A stretch of DNA of 64,000 nucleotides from Octopus bimaculoides. Its lineage: Eukaryota. Position 1 is the first letter of the stretch; each line of letters begins with the position of its first letter. Below, piece after piece: positions 1-11,950 of this stretch. The stretch covers positions 97,567,746-97,631,745 of the forward strand of contig NC_068981.1 in the NCBI RefSeq assembly GCF_001194135.2, in the 5' to 3' direction. Below the pieces are notes generated by a model. It worked only from the letters and a program-made list of their open reading frames with translations, was not told the origin of the DNA and did not search any database. The position numbers were made by a program, and so were the translations under genes.

Positions 1-59
<59 letters not shown>

Positions 60-460
60 GTATATACACACATATGTTTGTACATATATTCATATGCGTA
101 TGAGTATAAATATATATGTATAAGTATATATATATAAGCATATATATATGTACACACACATGCATAGGTACATGTACATATACACATGCAGACATACACA
201 CACATGCGCACAAACACGAACGTGTGTACGTGTGCATGTAGGTCTGTACGCATGTAAATATTTCTTGTTACTTGCATGCACTAACATCTCTGCTGTTTAA
301 GCACTGATAATATAAACATTACACACACTACACATACACTCGCGTACTCGCACACGCATGCTCACACACGCACGCATATACACACACTCACACACACAGC
401 AACATATATATCATATACTTTCCACTCTTACTCTCTATTATCCTCTCTCTTTCCTTCTCT

Positions 461-499
<39 letters not shown>

Positions 500-509
500 N
501 NNNNNNNNN

Positions 510-556
<47 letters not shown>

Positions 557-1279
557 CCAGTACCTCACACTATCCCACATTTCCTCCGACGCCGTTACAA
601 CACTCCACCACTATTTCAGAATAGTCTTCGCCAAATTCTAATTACTCTCTTTGATAGTCAATCACAATCCATGATTTCTTCATTTCATTTTGGTTCTTGG
701 TTGCCAATATCTTCGTAGATTCTATTAATCTTCCTTTTGGAAGCCCCTTCACCACCCGAGCGCCTTAACTCATCATCACACCACATTCTTCCTCCCTTCC
801 TCTCTCCCTCTCTACTTTCCATCTCCATCACATCGATTATACCCTCTCCACCCTACCTCCAGCTTATTCTTAAAACTACATCAGTAACGCCGCCATATCT
901 AACATTATTTTATTGCAGCCAAAAACCTTAATAAGCCAAGATATACGCCGCATACGAAATCATAAACTTTGGTTTATAGTACAATAACATCGTTATTATT
1001 CTTGACTGTGTCGATAAAATAACGTACCATTCACGAACTGGAGTCGATGGTATCGACTAACTTCACTTTCCTCGAAATTTTGGCCTTGTGCCTAAATCGG
1101 ACGCCATTTTTATTTTATGGTAGTTTGAGGCAAATTTCTACTGCATCACCTGCTACACCTCCGTGTTGCTGGAGTACGTGCAACATTGTATGTTCTTTTC
1201 TGTTGTTGGGAGTGGGCAAACTTTCCCCGATATTGTATTGCGTTAGGTATTCTTTTTATTGAGGTGTGGTGCAGTCTTT

Positions 1280-2930
1280 TGTTGCATTATTGCTTGTATT
1301 GTGTGTTGAGTGTGTAATGCGTTGGTTATATGGATTACTGGTGGAAGTTTATTTCACTAGATAATTGCTGTATAGAGTGTGTCTTGTGTTTGTGGGTTGT
1401 TATCTTTAGGTATTATTGAATTGATAGTGTCTTGCGTAGGATGTGGGTTGTTCTTAGTAGGGATATTTTTTGGATGAGGTATAATGGTGAGGATCTAGGA
1501 ATAGCCTTTATGTTTTTGTTCTGTTTTTTTTTTTTTCATGTCTAATGCACCAATTATTGTTCGTATTGTTTTCACTTTCATGCTCCACATCTTGAATACT
1601 TTAATTTTGAGGTCTTTGTATTTCGGCAATTTCTCCACCTCTTTTTGGACAATATTTCATCAGAAGGGACTGCAATGTTTATCAATAAGCAGGTGCTTTT
1701 TCCCCAGTCCTTGATTATTATTATATCTGGGCGATTAGCTTTTATTTCTTTGTCGGTTCGAACCGGCATATTCCAGATGATTCTAGCCTGGTCGTTACTT
1801 TGTACCTTGTTTTGCACATATTTATATCACCTATTGTCAGATTTAATGTAATGTTGGCATATTGTCCAGTGGATATAGCTGCTTACTCGGTCGTGTCTGT
1901 ATATATATTCAGATTTGGCTTGGCCTGGACAGTCAGAGATGATGTGGTCAGTTGTGATGGTTTTGTAGGAGATTGCAAATTGGATCAAGCCTCGACCTCC
2001 TTGAGTTCTGGGTAGATAAAGACAATCTGCGTCTGCTTTTGGGTGGTGCATCTTATTGCAAGTCAGCAGCTTACGGATTTCCCTGTCAATCTTCCTTATT
2101 TTGCTCGTATTCCAGTTTAACACTTTGAAACTGTAAATAACAACCGGAACTGCTAAGGAATTTATAGCTAACACCTTGTTACGTGGATTTAACTCGGATT
2201 ATAGGACTGCTCGAACTCTCTTGTAACACTCTTTCCTGATCTTCTCTTTCATACTTGCATGCTGAATGCCAGAGCCTTAATTTATTCCGAGGTATTTGTA
2301 AGTTTGTTCCTGCTCGAGTTCTTTTATGACTGTGTCAACATCCAACACCACTGAATGTGAGGTCTTCAATTTCCCTCTCTGAAAATTGGCCTTGGCACAT
2401 TTTTCAAGATCAATTCCATCCCAATGTCATCACTAAATGTTTTCACAGTACGTAGTAGTGCTTCAAGCTCATTATCGTCTTTGCCATAGCGTTTTAATAC
2501 TCCATATAAAACGATGACTTATTTTCTTGTCGCCAATTTTATATCCATACCCTGTTCTGTTAAGTTCACCTGTAGCGAGTATTAGGGTTATGCAGAAAAT
2601 TAAAGGTGAAAGTGAGTCACCTTGGAAAATGCCGCAGTTGATATTAATAGTTTTTGTGCCCAGTAGTCCATTAGAGTCGTATAATTGGAGATTCGTATTT
2701 CGCATTAATATGTCGTGCTTCAGGAACTTTGAAATTACAGGAGACATTTTGAAGATATCCAGCGATTTCAGGATCCATGAATGAGGTATGCTGTTGAAAG
2801 ATTTATTCTGACCGTGCCAGAGAGGCAAACCAATTTCCTTTATATTCCTCTTGATGCCTCCTGATGCTGTTCCCAAGGGCCCGACAATGCCACTATCTTC
2901 ACCTTCTTCATTTTTCATAGCCGGGCTATT
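1280..2930 (-). mobile_element. R4/Dong-like non-LTR retrotransposon (RT + restriction-like endonuclease), 5'-truncated and frameshifted
   Basis: Minus-strand ORF pieces: 2472-2918 has KSFNSIPHSW and GIFQGDSLSPLIFC (RT motifs); 1827-2174 has LYLPRTQGGRGL; 1578-1817 has IKANRPDIIIIKDWGKSTCLLINIAVPSD (RLE PD..D). The C-terminus QKISLLRTTHILRKTLSIQ* reads near 1420-1480. Ends are approximate. Confidence 0.9.
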
Positions 2931-2948
2931 TCATACTTAAGAGAGTTG

Positions 2949-3014
<66 letters not shown>

Positions 3015-3034
3015 CCTATCTATCTATCTATCTT

Positions 3035-3700
3035 TTCGTCTTCCTTCTTGATTATTTGTGGGTCAAAAGAGGCATGCAACATCAACTATATAGCATATGT
3101 GATGCACCTTGTCCACCACCACCAAGTCTGGTCTGTTATGCTCTAGCATCTGATCTATTTGGATTGGGAAATCTCAGAGGATTTTGCCGGTCTTCGCGAC
3201 TCTGCCACTCTCTGCGGTCTGTACTCATACCGCGTCTGTACTCATACCATTCTTGCTCTCTTTACCTCCCACTTTTCCTACAGTTTCCCATGCAGCACTT
3301 TCGCTACCTGGTCGTATCACCACAACTTGTAATGGTTTTGGGCAAGTCTAGGGCATTCGTTCGGGATATGGGCAATGGTTTCATCCACGCTATTGCAGAT
3401 GCGACACAGCGGTGACACTTGCTCGTTCCTAAAGTTGACCCTCCAGTTCGTGGCCAAAGCTTAGTCCTGCGCTGCCAGTATAGTGCTTTTAGTCTCTTTT
3501 TTTTAGGGTTCCTTTCATCAGCCAATCTCACCTGTTTTTTCCAGCAACTTCTGTTGTGGCTGCATAGAATTGATTGTGTGATTCTTCTTCGCGTCCTTTT
3601 TGTACTTCTTCCTTTGTTATTCCTTTTTTCTCTGCTTTCAATATTTCCTCGTTCCTAACTGTCACTAGCAAGGTTTCCTTACTTTGGGCTAGGTATCTCA
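3035..3700 (-). mobile_element. Second R4/Dong-like fragment (CCHC zinc knuckle + RLE), different family
   Basis: Manual translation across frameshifts gives WLMKGTLKKET...LAAQDQAL, CRICNSVDETIAHIPNEC (CCHC) and DFPIQIDQMLEHNRPDLVVVDKVHHICYIVDVAC. It lies between (TATC)n at 2948-3030 and (TAA)n at about 3700-3810. Confidence 0.85.
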
Positions 3701-3712
3701 TTATTATTGTTG

Positions 3713-3798
<86 letters not shown>

Positions 3799-3810
3799 AT
3801 CATTATTATT

Positions 3811-4225
3811 TTTCAGTAGTTTTATTTTATAACGTGCTTTCACTTCACTACCGNNNNNNNNNNNNNNNNNNNNNNNNNNNNNNNNNNNNNNNNNNNNNNN
3901 NNNNNNNNNNNNNNNNNNNNNNNNNNNNNNNNNNNNNNNNNNNNNNNNNNNNNNNNNNNNNNNNNNNNNNNNNNNNNNNNNNNNNNNNNNNNNNNNNNNN
4001 NNNNNNNNNNNNNNNNNNNNNNNNNNNNNNNNNNNNNNNNNNNNNNNNNNNNNNNNNNNNNNNNNNNNNNNNNNNNNNNNNNNNNNNNNNNNNNNNNNNN
4101 NNNNNNNNNNNNNNGGGAAACGTTGTCATCTGCTGGTATTGATACATCAATTAGAAAGCATTTTTTTCCTTCATGATCTTTAACAACTATATCTGGTCTA
4201 TTGGCCTTAATTTCTCTATCTGTGT

Positions 4226-4227
<2 letters not shown>
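3811..4227 (-). mobile_element. Short 5'-truncated R4/Dong-like copy with (TAA)n on both sides (partly in gap)
   Basis: HTDREIKANRPDIVVKDHEGKKCFLIDVSIPADDNVS at 4115-4227. The 3' end (cggtagtgaagtgaaagcacgttataaaa...ctactgaa) matches the 3' end of the copy at 27031-27322. Confidence 0.85.
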
Positions 4228-4301
<74 letters not shown>

Positions 4302-4315
4302 CATTATTATTATTA

Positions 4316-4498
4316 TATGTTTGACTTTTGCTTTGTATTTGTACAAGTTGACTCTAAGTCTCACCCAGTGACTTCAAGAGACAAATTAGAAGTTCAAGCT
4401 GGTGTTATGCCTAGGGTGTCATATATTTGGTGTTGCACCTAGTATTGTTCTAGAGAATGTTTAAGAAAACAAGAAAATTATAAGTTTGTTCTAAAATT
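4316..4498 (-). mobile_element. 3' end of another RLE-type LINE family, bounded by (TAA)n
   Basis: Begins with ILSM* (an ORF C-terminus) and ends aaagcaaaagtcaaacata + (AAT)n. The same 3' UTR occurs at 24039-24148 (+). Confidence 0.7.
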
Positions 4499-4513
4499 TG
4501 AGATTACATAGAC

Positions 4514-4570
<57 letters not shown>

Positions 4571-4647
4571 TAGGCCACAAGCTGGAAGAATCGTTACCAC
4601 GCTAGGCAAAATGCTCAATGGTATTTCGTCCGTCTTTACGGACGAAA

Positions 4648-4689
<42 letters not shown>

Positions 4690-4701
4690 TATTATTATTA
4701 A

Positions 4702-4811
4702 ATGAGAGAGCAGTGCATGCCATCAAAGTGACCCTGGGGTACAAATAGACGAAGTCCAGTATACCCATCATGACTACCCGTCTGATAAGGGTACATCAGG
4801 CACATGCATCA
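4702..4811 (-). mobile_element. 3' terminal fragment of the LINE-like family seen at 24182-24726
   Basis: Reverse complement matches 24615-24726 (catgtgcctg(g/a)tgtacccttatcag...ctgctctct) followed by (AAT)n. Confidence 0.75.
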
Positions 4812-4929
4812 TGTATAATTTCTTTCTATGTTCATAATTAAATACATCTTTTAATGATTAGACAGACGTCCAATAGAATAGCTCTCACAAACAGGCTACA
4901 TACAAATTCTTTCTTCACAACTCCTGAAG

Positions 4930-4999
4930 CCATTTTCTGACAGGAGGGGGTGAGGCTCCAATCAAAACGGGGCACGAAATGATCAGGTTGAGAAACGCT
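4930..4999. mobile_element. hAT-like MITE right-end remnant
   Basis: Ends aggttgagaaacgctg, resembling the hAT terminal motif of the elements at 42362-42719 and 53197-53493. The left end is not found. Confidence 0.35.
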
Positions 5000-5050
5000 G
5001 TTATAGATTATGCCTAACCGAAAACAATCACAGCCACATCAGCCAAACAG

Positions 5051-5078
5051 ACCGGGTGAAACTGGGTTTAGCTGCTAG
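5051..5078 (+). mobile_element. Helitron-like 3' terminus (GC hairpin + CTAG)
   Basis: accgggtgaaactgggt...ctag; related motifs at 45694-45710 and 49083-49111. Confidence 0.5.
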
Positions 5079-5184
5079 TATATATATATATATATACATA
5101 CATATATAAATACATATGTATATATATGTATATATATATATGCACATACACACACATACACACACACACACATATACATTAGAC

Positions 5185-5305
5185 AGAATGAGATAACAAA
5201 TCCAAGGCTGTGAGGAGTTTTCAGGACATTTATAATGAAATAGTCTTACAGCTGTTTATGGGATATTATGGATATCCCTTCATCAGAGACGGTGTGAGAA
5301 AATAT
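5185..5305 (-). mobile_element. Penelope-like pLTR fragment carrying a decayed hammerhead motif
   Basis: Reverse complement aligns with 45946-46065 and contains gtct-CTGATGA-agggata..tatccc-a-taaa-cagctg-ta-agac. Confidence 0.6.
5243..5290 (-). ncRNA. Type I minimal hammerhead ribozyme motif (degenerate GAAA)
   Basis: Stem I gtct/agac, intact CUGAUGA, stem II gggata/tatccc, GAAA changed to taaa, palindromic stem III cagctg, UA cleavage site. Confidence 0.6.
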
Positions 5306-6112
5306 TTGAGTTCGAATTATTGTGGAAAAGGAGGAGATAGGGAATATAGAGGGAAATAAGAGAATGTAAGTAGAAATAAGATATATAAAGATACTGTAGT
5401 TGCAGTTCCATTATTCGAGGAAAATGGTGTATAGAAGTGGTAAAGAAGTTTTCTGTACATGGTATGTAAGTTACAATAGCAGTTCATGTTTAGTCATTTC
5501 AAAGTATGGAACCGTGGAATCAGTGTTGCACATTCGAAAGTGTTTTGTAGTGTGAATGAAAATTTGAGAATGTATTGGTAGTATTTGTGGATGGCTGGAG
5601 GGAGGAGAGCTGTGTATGATTAGAAAGAGGAGATAGGTCAAATTTAAAACAAAAAGAGAAAATGAGAGGAAGAAAGAAAAAAAAGAAAAAAGGTGAGAGA
5701 AAAACAAGCAGTGCAAAAAAGAGTGAAGAAAGGGTGAAAGAAGTAAGAAAGGGAGTGTTAGTTGGTGGTCAAGATAATGTGATTGGAGGACGGGAGTGGT
5801 GTGGTGGAGGGATAGGAAGAGATAAGAAGGTAAGGAGTAAAAGAATGTGAGATATATGACAGAGCTGCACAGGCATATATACACATGCATGTTCACGCGC
5901 ATCTGTAGATGTATTCATACACGCATATGCGTATGCATACACGTATATATACACTTGCATACGCACATAAGTGCGCGCAGGTGCACACGCATTTAAAGTC
6001 AAACGCATGCGCGCATACAGGTACTTACGTATACATATATACACATATACAGACTCATTCATATATATTTGTATATATATATATGCACGTACACAAACAT
6101 ACACTCACGCAC

Positions 6113-6193
<81 letters not shown>

Positions 6194-6391
6194 CATAAAA
6201 TACCTGTACACACATTTACACTCACTCATATATATATATATGTATGTATCTAATGATTCAGAAAAAAGATTTTCTTAAGTTGAAAATTGTTTACTATGTC
6301 AAAAAATTATTTTAAGAAAAGAACATTAATACAGCTTGATGAAAGGAAATTCTATATCTACATACATACACATAAACATACATACATATGT

Positions 6392-6768
6392 GTATTGTTG
6401 GCACTCAGTCGCTTACGACGACGAGGGTTCCAGTTGATACAATCAACGGAACAGCCTGCTCGTGAAATTAACGTGCAAGTGGCTGAGCACTCCGCAGACA
6501 CGTGTACCCTCAACGTAGTCCTCGGGGATATTCAGCGTGACACAGTGTGACAAGGCTGACCCTTTGAATTACAGGCACAACAGAAACAGGAAGTAAGAGT
6601 GAGAGAAAGTTGTGGTGGAAGAGTACAGCAGGGTTCGCCACCATCCCCTGCCGGAGCCTCGTGGAGCTTTAGGTGTTTTCGCTCAATAAACACTCACAAC
6701 GCCCGGTCTGGGAATCGAAACCGCGATCCTATGACCGCGAGTCCGCTGCCCTAACCACTGGGCCATTG
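6392..6768 (-). mobile_element. tRNA-derived SINE, family C (young)
   Basis: Minus-strand head caatggcccagtggttagggcagcggactcgcggtcataggatcgcggtttcgattccc has A and B boxes. Near-identical to 15319-15617 and 41470-41855. Confidence 0.9.
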
Positions 6769-7002
6769 NNNNNNNNNNNNNNNNNNNNNNNNNNNNNNNN
6801 NNNNNNNNNNNNNNNNNNNNNNNNNNNNNNNNNNNNNNNNNNNNNNNNNNNNNNNNNNNNNNNNNNNNNNNNNNNNNNNNNNNNNNNNNNNNNNNNNNNN
6901 NNNNNNNNNNNNNNNNNNNNNNNNNNNNNNNNNNNNNNNNNNNNNNNNNNNNNNNNNNNNNNNNNNNNNNNNNNNNNNNNNNNNNNTATATATAGCTGAT
7001 AG

Positions 7003-7160
7003 ATAGATCAAAACAGTTTGATTCAGACTTTGAGTTTCAAGCAAGTAGGTAGTCTTCGGCCTCGGCCATTATGGTCTAATTCAGACCCTAATGGCTGAAG
7101 ACTAGCCACACGCTAAAAACTCAGACTACAAGTAGTCTCAATCAAATTGTTTTGATCTAT
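7003..7160. mobile_element. Small foldback/MITE-like palindromic element
   Basis: Terminal IR atagatcaaaacagtttgatt / aatcaaattgttttgatctat (20 of 21 match), with nested inner IRs tagtcttcggcc/ggctgaagacta and ggtct/agacc. Confidence 0.65.
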
Positions 7161-7252
7161 ACATGTAACTCCCAATAAATGTGTTGAGTGCCCTTCTTTC
7201 GTTGTCAACTCACTCGTGTATATGTGTGTGTGCGCGTGTGTGTATGCATATG

Positions 7253-7316
<64 letters not shown>

Positions 7317-7952
7317 CATACATTCATGTATACGTGTGTGTGTGTGTGTATGTTTCTGTCTGTATGTATGTATGTACGTACGTATGTATGTATGCATGTA
7401 TGCATGTATGTATGTATGTATGTATGTATGTATGTGTGCATGGATGTATGTATGTGTGTATTGAATCAAAAATCAGGGAGAGCGAACTCTAAAGAGAACT
7501 CAACGTCATTTATATAGATAACTGATCACCGAATAATTTTATTTAACAGATTTATTGTATTAGCTAAAAGTCTTTGCTTAAACAATAAATTCATGAAATA
7601 TAATTACATATATGTATGTATATATGTGTTATGCAGCAGTATAGGGTAGATTAGATTTGTTCTTTTTTTTTAATATTTTCCTTTCATCTTTTTTCTCTTC
7701 AAATTTTATCGCACGACAGAATCCTAAACTATTGATAATTTTGTTTGTGAATTTTCGTTGAACATTATATGGAATTACGCACGATTAAAATTACTTTAGA
7801 TGTACTCTTCAGTCTGTTGTTCTTACTGTCCATGTATGCGTGCGATTGTGTGTATGAGAGTGCATAGACGCATTTATATACATAGAACCAAAGTACATAC
7901 TATAAAGGTATACAGAAATATGTTTGCATATGCATACATTTATATACATTTG

Positions 7953-7983
<31 letters not shown>

Positions 7984-8329
7984 NNNNNNNNNNNNNNNNN
8001 NNNNNNNNNNNNNNNNNNNNNNNNNNNNNNNNNNNNNNNNNNNNNNNNNNNNNNNNNNNNNNNNNNNNNNNNNNNNNNNNNNNNNNNNNNNNNNNNNNNN
8101 NNNNNNNNNNNNNNNNNNNNNNNNNNNNNNNNNNNNNNNNNNNNNNNNNNNNNNNNNNNNNNNNNNNNNNNNNNNNNNNNNNNNNNNNNNNNNNNNNNNN
8201 NNNNNNNNNNNNNNNNNNNNNNNNNNNNNNNNNNNNNNNNNNNNNNNNNNNNNNNNNNNNNNNNNNNNNNNNNNNNNATGTCTGTTTTTTATGTTTTATT
8301 TATATTCTTATAAAATTAATGTAGGATAT

Positions 8330-9690
8330 AGAATATGGAATATATAGTATATATAGTAAAATGAAATGAAGTATTGAATGTCTTATTGAATAAATGAAAT
8401 ATTGAATATTTAATATTAAAGGACTAGTATACTTTCCTGCTTTCTAGCAGTCTTCAAGGTCCCGTGTGACAGGAATGTTTCAACTGTAGTTGACTGGCTG
8501 TCTTTTGTCTTTTATATACATTCCTGTGGACAGCAGTAGTACTTGTTTGGCTATTTTTAGAGATGATGCCAAACCATTTTTCAATGTTTATTTTTAGAAA
8601 TAATGACGGCAGTACTTTTGAGAGATTTTTTGTGTTTTAGTTATAGGGATAAGATTTTTAAACCCCAAATAAGATTAATTTAAGAATAGTTTGTTAAGCT
8701 TGTGTTTGAATTTCTTAATCAAGTCCTTTTCTCTCAGTTTTCTCTCAATTTCATACAGGTTGTAAAGTTTATGAAATGGAAATATCATAAAAGATTTTCG
8801 ACCACATGTTGCCAGATGGTTACTCAGTGGTATTTGGCGGACCTCTGGATTTTTAATTTGTTGTCGATGTACACGCGAGCGTTCTGATAGTGCATTACCT
8901 GTCTGGCCAACGTACAGTTCTTCACAATTTGGACATTTGATGCAGTAGATTAGATTTCTACTTTTGCAGTTCATGTTCGCGTTTGTGAATGTTTTCCCTA
9001 TTTTTGTGTTCATATATGGGCCGGTATGAATTGATTGGCATGTACCGCATCGGCTATCATTGCATTTAGACACAATGAATGTTTGATTTTTGTTGCTGAG
9101 GTCAAACCTTGCCTTTGTTAATAACTTTTTCAAGCTTTTAGGTTGTCTCTTACTGAGAGTTATAGTTTGATTTGTAATGATATTTCTCAATTCCTTACTT
9201 CGTGCAATGATTGGTAAGTTTGCTTTAGCGATATTGAAGATGTTCTGGTGGCATGGATTGTGTGTCACTATAAATGGTATGATTTGTTCTTGTTTTTCTC
9301 TTCTTTGCGGTGTCCTCAGTTGTTGTATGGGTATTTTCGAAGCCCGGTGAATACCAATTTCTATAAGTAGTGACGGGTATTTTTGTTTGAGCAGAAATTC
9401 TTTCAGTTCCATCAGGCGCTGATTTCTGGTCTTTAGATCCTCTACAATGGTACAGATTCTTCTGGCTAAGCAGTATGGGATGTTACGTTTTGTATGCGGT
9501 GGATGGCACGATTTAAAATTCAGGTATTGGTATGTACCTGTGTGTTTATAATATATATCTGTGGTAATGGCGGTGTTCTTTTTAATTACCATTATATTTA
9601 GAAATGGTAATTTGGTACTGCTCATCTCCTTTGTAAATTGGATGGATGGTTGTAGGTTGTTCAGGAGGATGTTGAATTCCATTAAGCCAT
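8330..9690 (-). mobile_element. Penelope-like element (5'-truncated RT thumb + GIY-YIG endonuclease + 3' pLTR)
   Basis: ORF 8675-9748 has LPFLNIMV, TDIYYKHTGTYQYLNFKSCHPPHTKRNIPY, a Cys-rich linker KCNDSRCGTC, and the GIY-YIG motif LIYCIKCPNCEELYVGQTGNALSERSRVH. The RT catalytic core is missing. The Cys linker suggests a Neptune-like subgroup (inference). Confidence 0.92.
8421..8462 (-). ncRNA. Type I minimal hammerhead ribozyme motif in the PLE 3' region
   Basis: Minus strand reads ggac-cttgaaga-ctgct-agaa-agcag-gaaa-gtatac-ta-gtcc: stem I ggac/gtcc, CUGANGA core with one extra U, perfect stem II, GAAA, palindromic stem III and a UA site. Confidence 0.75.
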
Positions 9691-9748
9691 TAAGACTTCT
9701 TGTGAATGCCATTAAGACTTCTTGTGAATGCATCTTTGTTATAGACAT
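8675..9748 (-). pseudogene. PLE RT-thumb/GIY-YIG ORF remnant, 357 aa (first ~22 aa are non-element sequence)
   Basis: ORF track. Homology starts after the 22-bp tandem duplication at 9686-9729. Confidence 0.85.
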
Positions 9749-10289
9749 CTGTATTAAAAGTATAAATGATATTAGATATGAACAAGGAAGAAGGGGAAGA
9801 AGGGGAAGAAGGAGAATGAAGAAGAAGGAGGAAGAGGTGGAGGAAGAGACGACGACGTTGAAAAAGAAAAAAAAACACTTATATTATTCGGAATAAAAGA
9901 AATGCCTACGATGTTTACTGTTCAAATCAATGCTTCCTTCCCACCACAACTACTACTATAGTTAATTGATAGTTTGTAGGAAATATTTCATTGCTACCTT
10001 ATCGTCTGCTTAGATATATTTTCAATCTTTCTGTAGCCACGTTATCACGTGATCGACTTTTCTGCATTTGCAATTCGTTTGTACAAGAATTAGTTAAGAC
10101 AAAGCAGACTTTTAAAAGAACGTAATTGTTAGAGAGAAAACGAAACAATAAATAAATTGTGCGGAGGAGTAAATGACGAGAAGACATACTAGATTGTGTG
10201 AGAGAGAAGTATATTTGTGTGTTTGCTATGGGGAGAAAGGTGTGATGAAGTATTAGAGAGATTATGGAAAGAAGAACATGTATGTTTGT

Positions 10290-10440
10290 GAGAGTGTTGC
10301 ACCCACGATCGCAAAATCGTAGTTTCGATTCCTAGACCAGGTGGTGCGTTATGTTTCGTGAACAAAAACTCTTCATTTCTGCGATCACTTCGACGTCTGA
10401 CGTGTGGCACGCCATGCTCCTTTAGAGGCAATGCCTGTTT
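10290..10440 (+). mobile_element. Degenerate tRNA-derived SINE head related to family C
   Basis: gatcgcaaaatcgtagtttcgattcctagaccagg resembles the family C B-box region ggatcgcggtttcgattcccagaccggg. Confidence 0.5.
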
Positions 10441-10579
10441 GAGTACTATAAAAAAAAAATCATCTATACAAGTTGTTCGGCAAGAAATTGGTTGTCTGCC
10501 GAGACAAAAGAAAAAGAAAAGAAGAGGCAGTTCCCCGAACCTGCATCTATTAGTTTCAAGCTAAGAAATATTCGATATC

Positions 10580-10704
10580 CTCGTGAAACTCTCCAATCTT
10601 TCTTTAACTATCGGCATCTATCCACTCCAATCTTTGGAAACAGTGTGCCTTATTCCAAGAGATGGTAACCTCTTCTACTCTGCTAATTATCGACCTATTG
10701 CTTG

Positions 10705-10793
<89 letters not shown>

Positions 10794-11950
10794 GTGTCTC
10801 AGAGATAATGAAAATGGAGTAAAAATACTTCTTGCAATACCTTAAGTATCTATTCCTCATTACCAATCACCTGTACGGCATTTGTTACTTGGGACCTGCT
10901 GTTATATGTCAGTTATTCTACGCCAATGAAAAATTGAGAAAAACGCAATGTCATCGAATTTAAAACCAACCAAGCTTTCCACTGTGTTTGGCTTGAAAAT
11001 ATCCTCAATTGGCTTCAAACATCTTTCATCGTCAGATCGCGTCGTTGCAGTGTGCTCTGATGGGACTCTTTCTGAATGATAATCAGTTCTGGTGTGAACA
11101 AAAGTTTGTTTAAGGCTCTCACACTCCTCCTCTTGTACATTAACAATCTATTTACTTACTGTCGCCACTAACAACATACACTCCTATACAAATGATATCA
11201 CTCATTACTTCACATTAATCTTCCGCAGATAGATGTCGTTCACATCAACGCTGTACTGCCCTCTATAAACAAAAACTAAGAAAATATCTAGTAGGAGACA
11301 ATAAAATTCTGTAGCTTTCAAATGTGTAATAGAGCAGCTACTGTGCATATCAAAGAAATACCTTTTCTCTTCAATAACATAAAATTAAGACATCATAATC
11401 GTCACATATGGCAGTCCCGAGAATCCCTAATATAGTCTCCTAGAAATCCTTCAAACATAACATAGCTAAAACTATAACCCAAAGACTCCGGTTCAGCTCC
11501 GATCGACTACTGATTCTCTACAAAGCTCAGTTAAGACTCACATTCTGTATTAATACGACTCTCATATCTGTAATGGTACTGTTATTGTGAACAAGCCAAG
11601 ATCCTAGATTGCATCTAAATAAAGACCTGATTAGCGAAGATTCACTAACACCTCCTGTCCCATACACTGGCTGTCTCCTCTCCCTGTCTATACACTCACT
11701 ACAACAACGGCTTCTGTTCCTCTGAACTGGTTAGGCGACATATCACCTCCACTCAGTCTCACACAACACATCTGTCTCTCCTCCTATCATTACTCTTATT
11801 GTGTATCTCTCGACTTCAGGCCTCACACTTATCAATTCACCCGATCTTTACTCCCAAGCGTGTCAAATTTCTCGATTTTTCCCTCCTGCTCGTATTATAC
11901 CCGCAAACGTCAACGTACAGATGCACATCAACCGTACCACCGATGTCACC
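10580..11950 (+). mobile_element. Highly decayed CR1/L2/Jockey-type LINE RT region, interrupted by (CT)n
   Basis: CLIPRDGNLFYSANYRPIA (P.PK.G...NYRPI motif) at 10640-10705, remnants resembling LFLLYINDL near 11130 and YADD near 11185, and a typical LINE C-terminus (PARIIPANVNVQMHINR) near 11880-11935. Confidence 0.65.
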
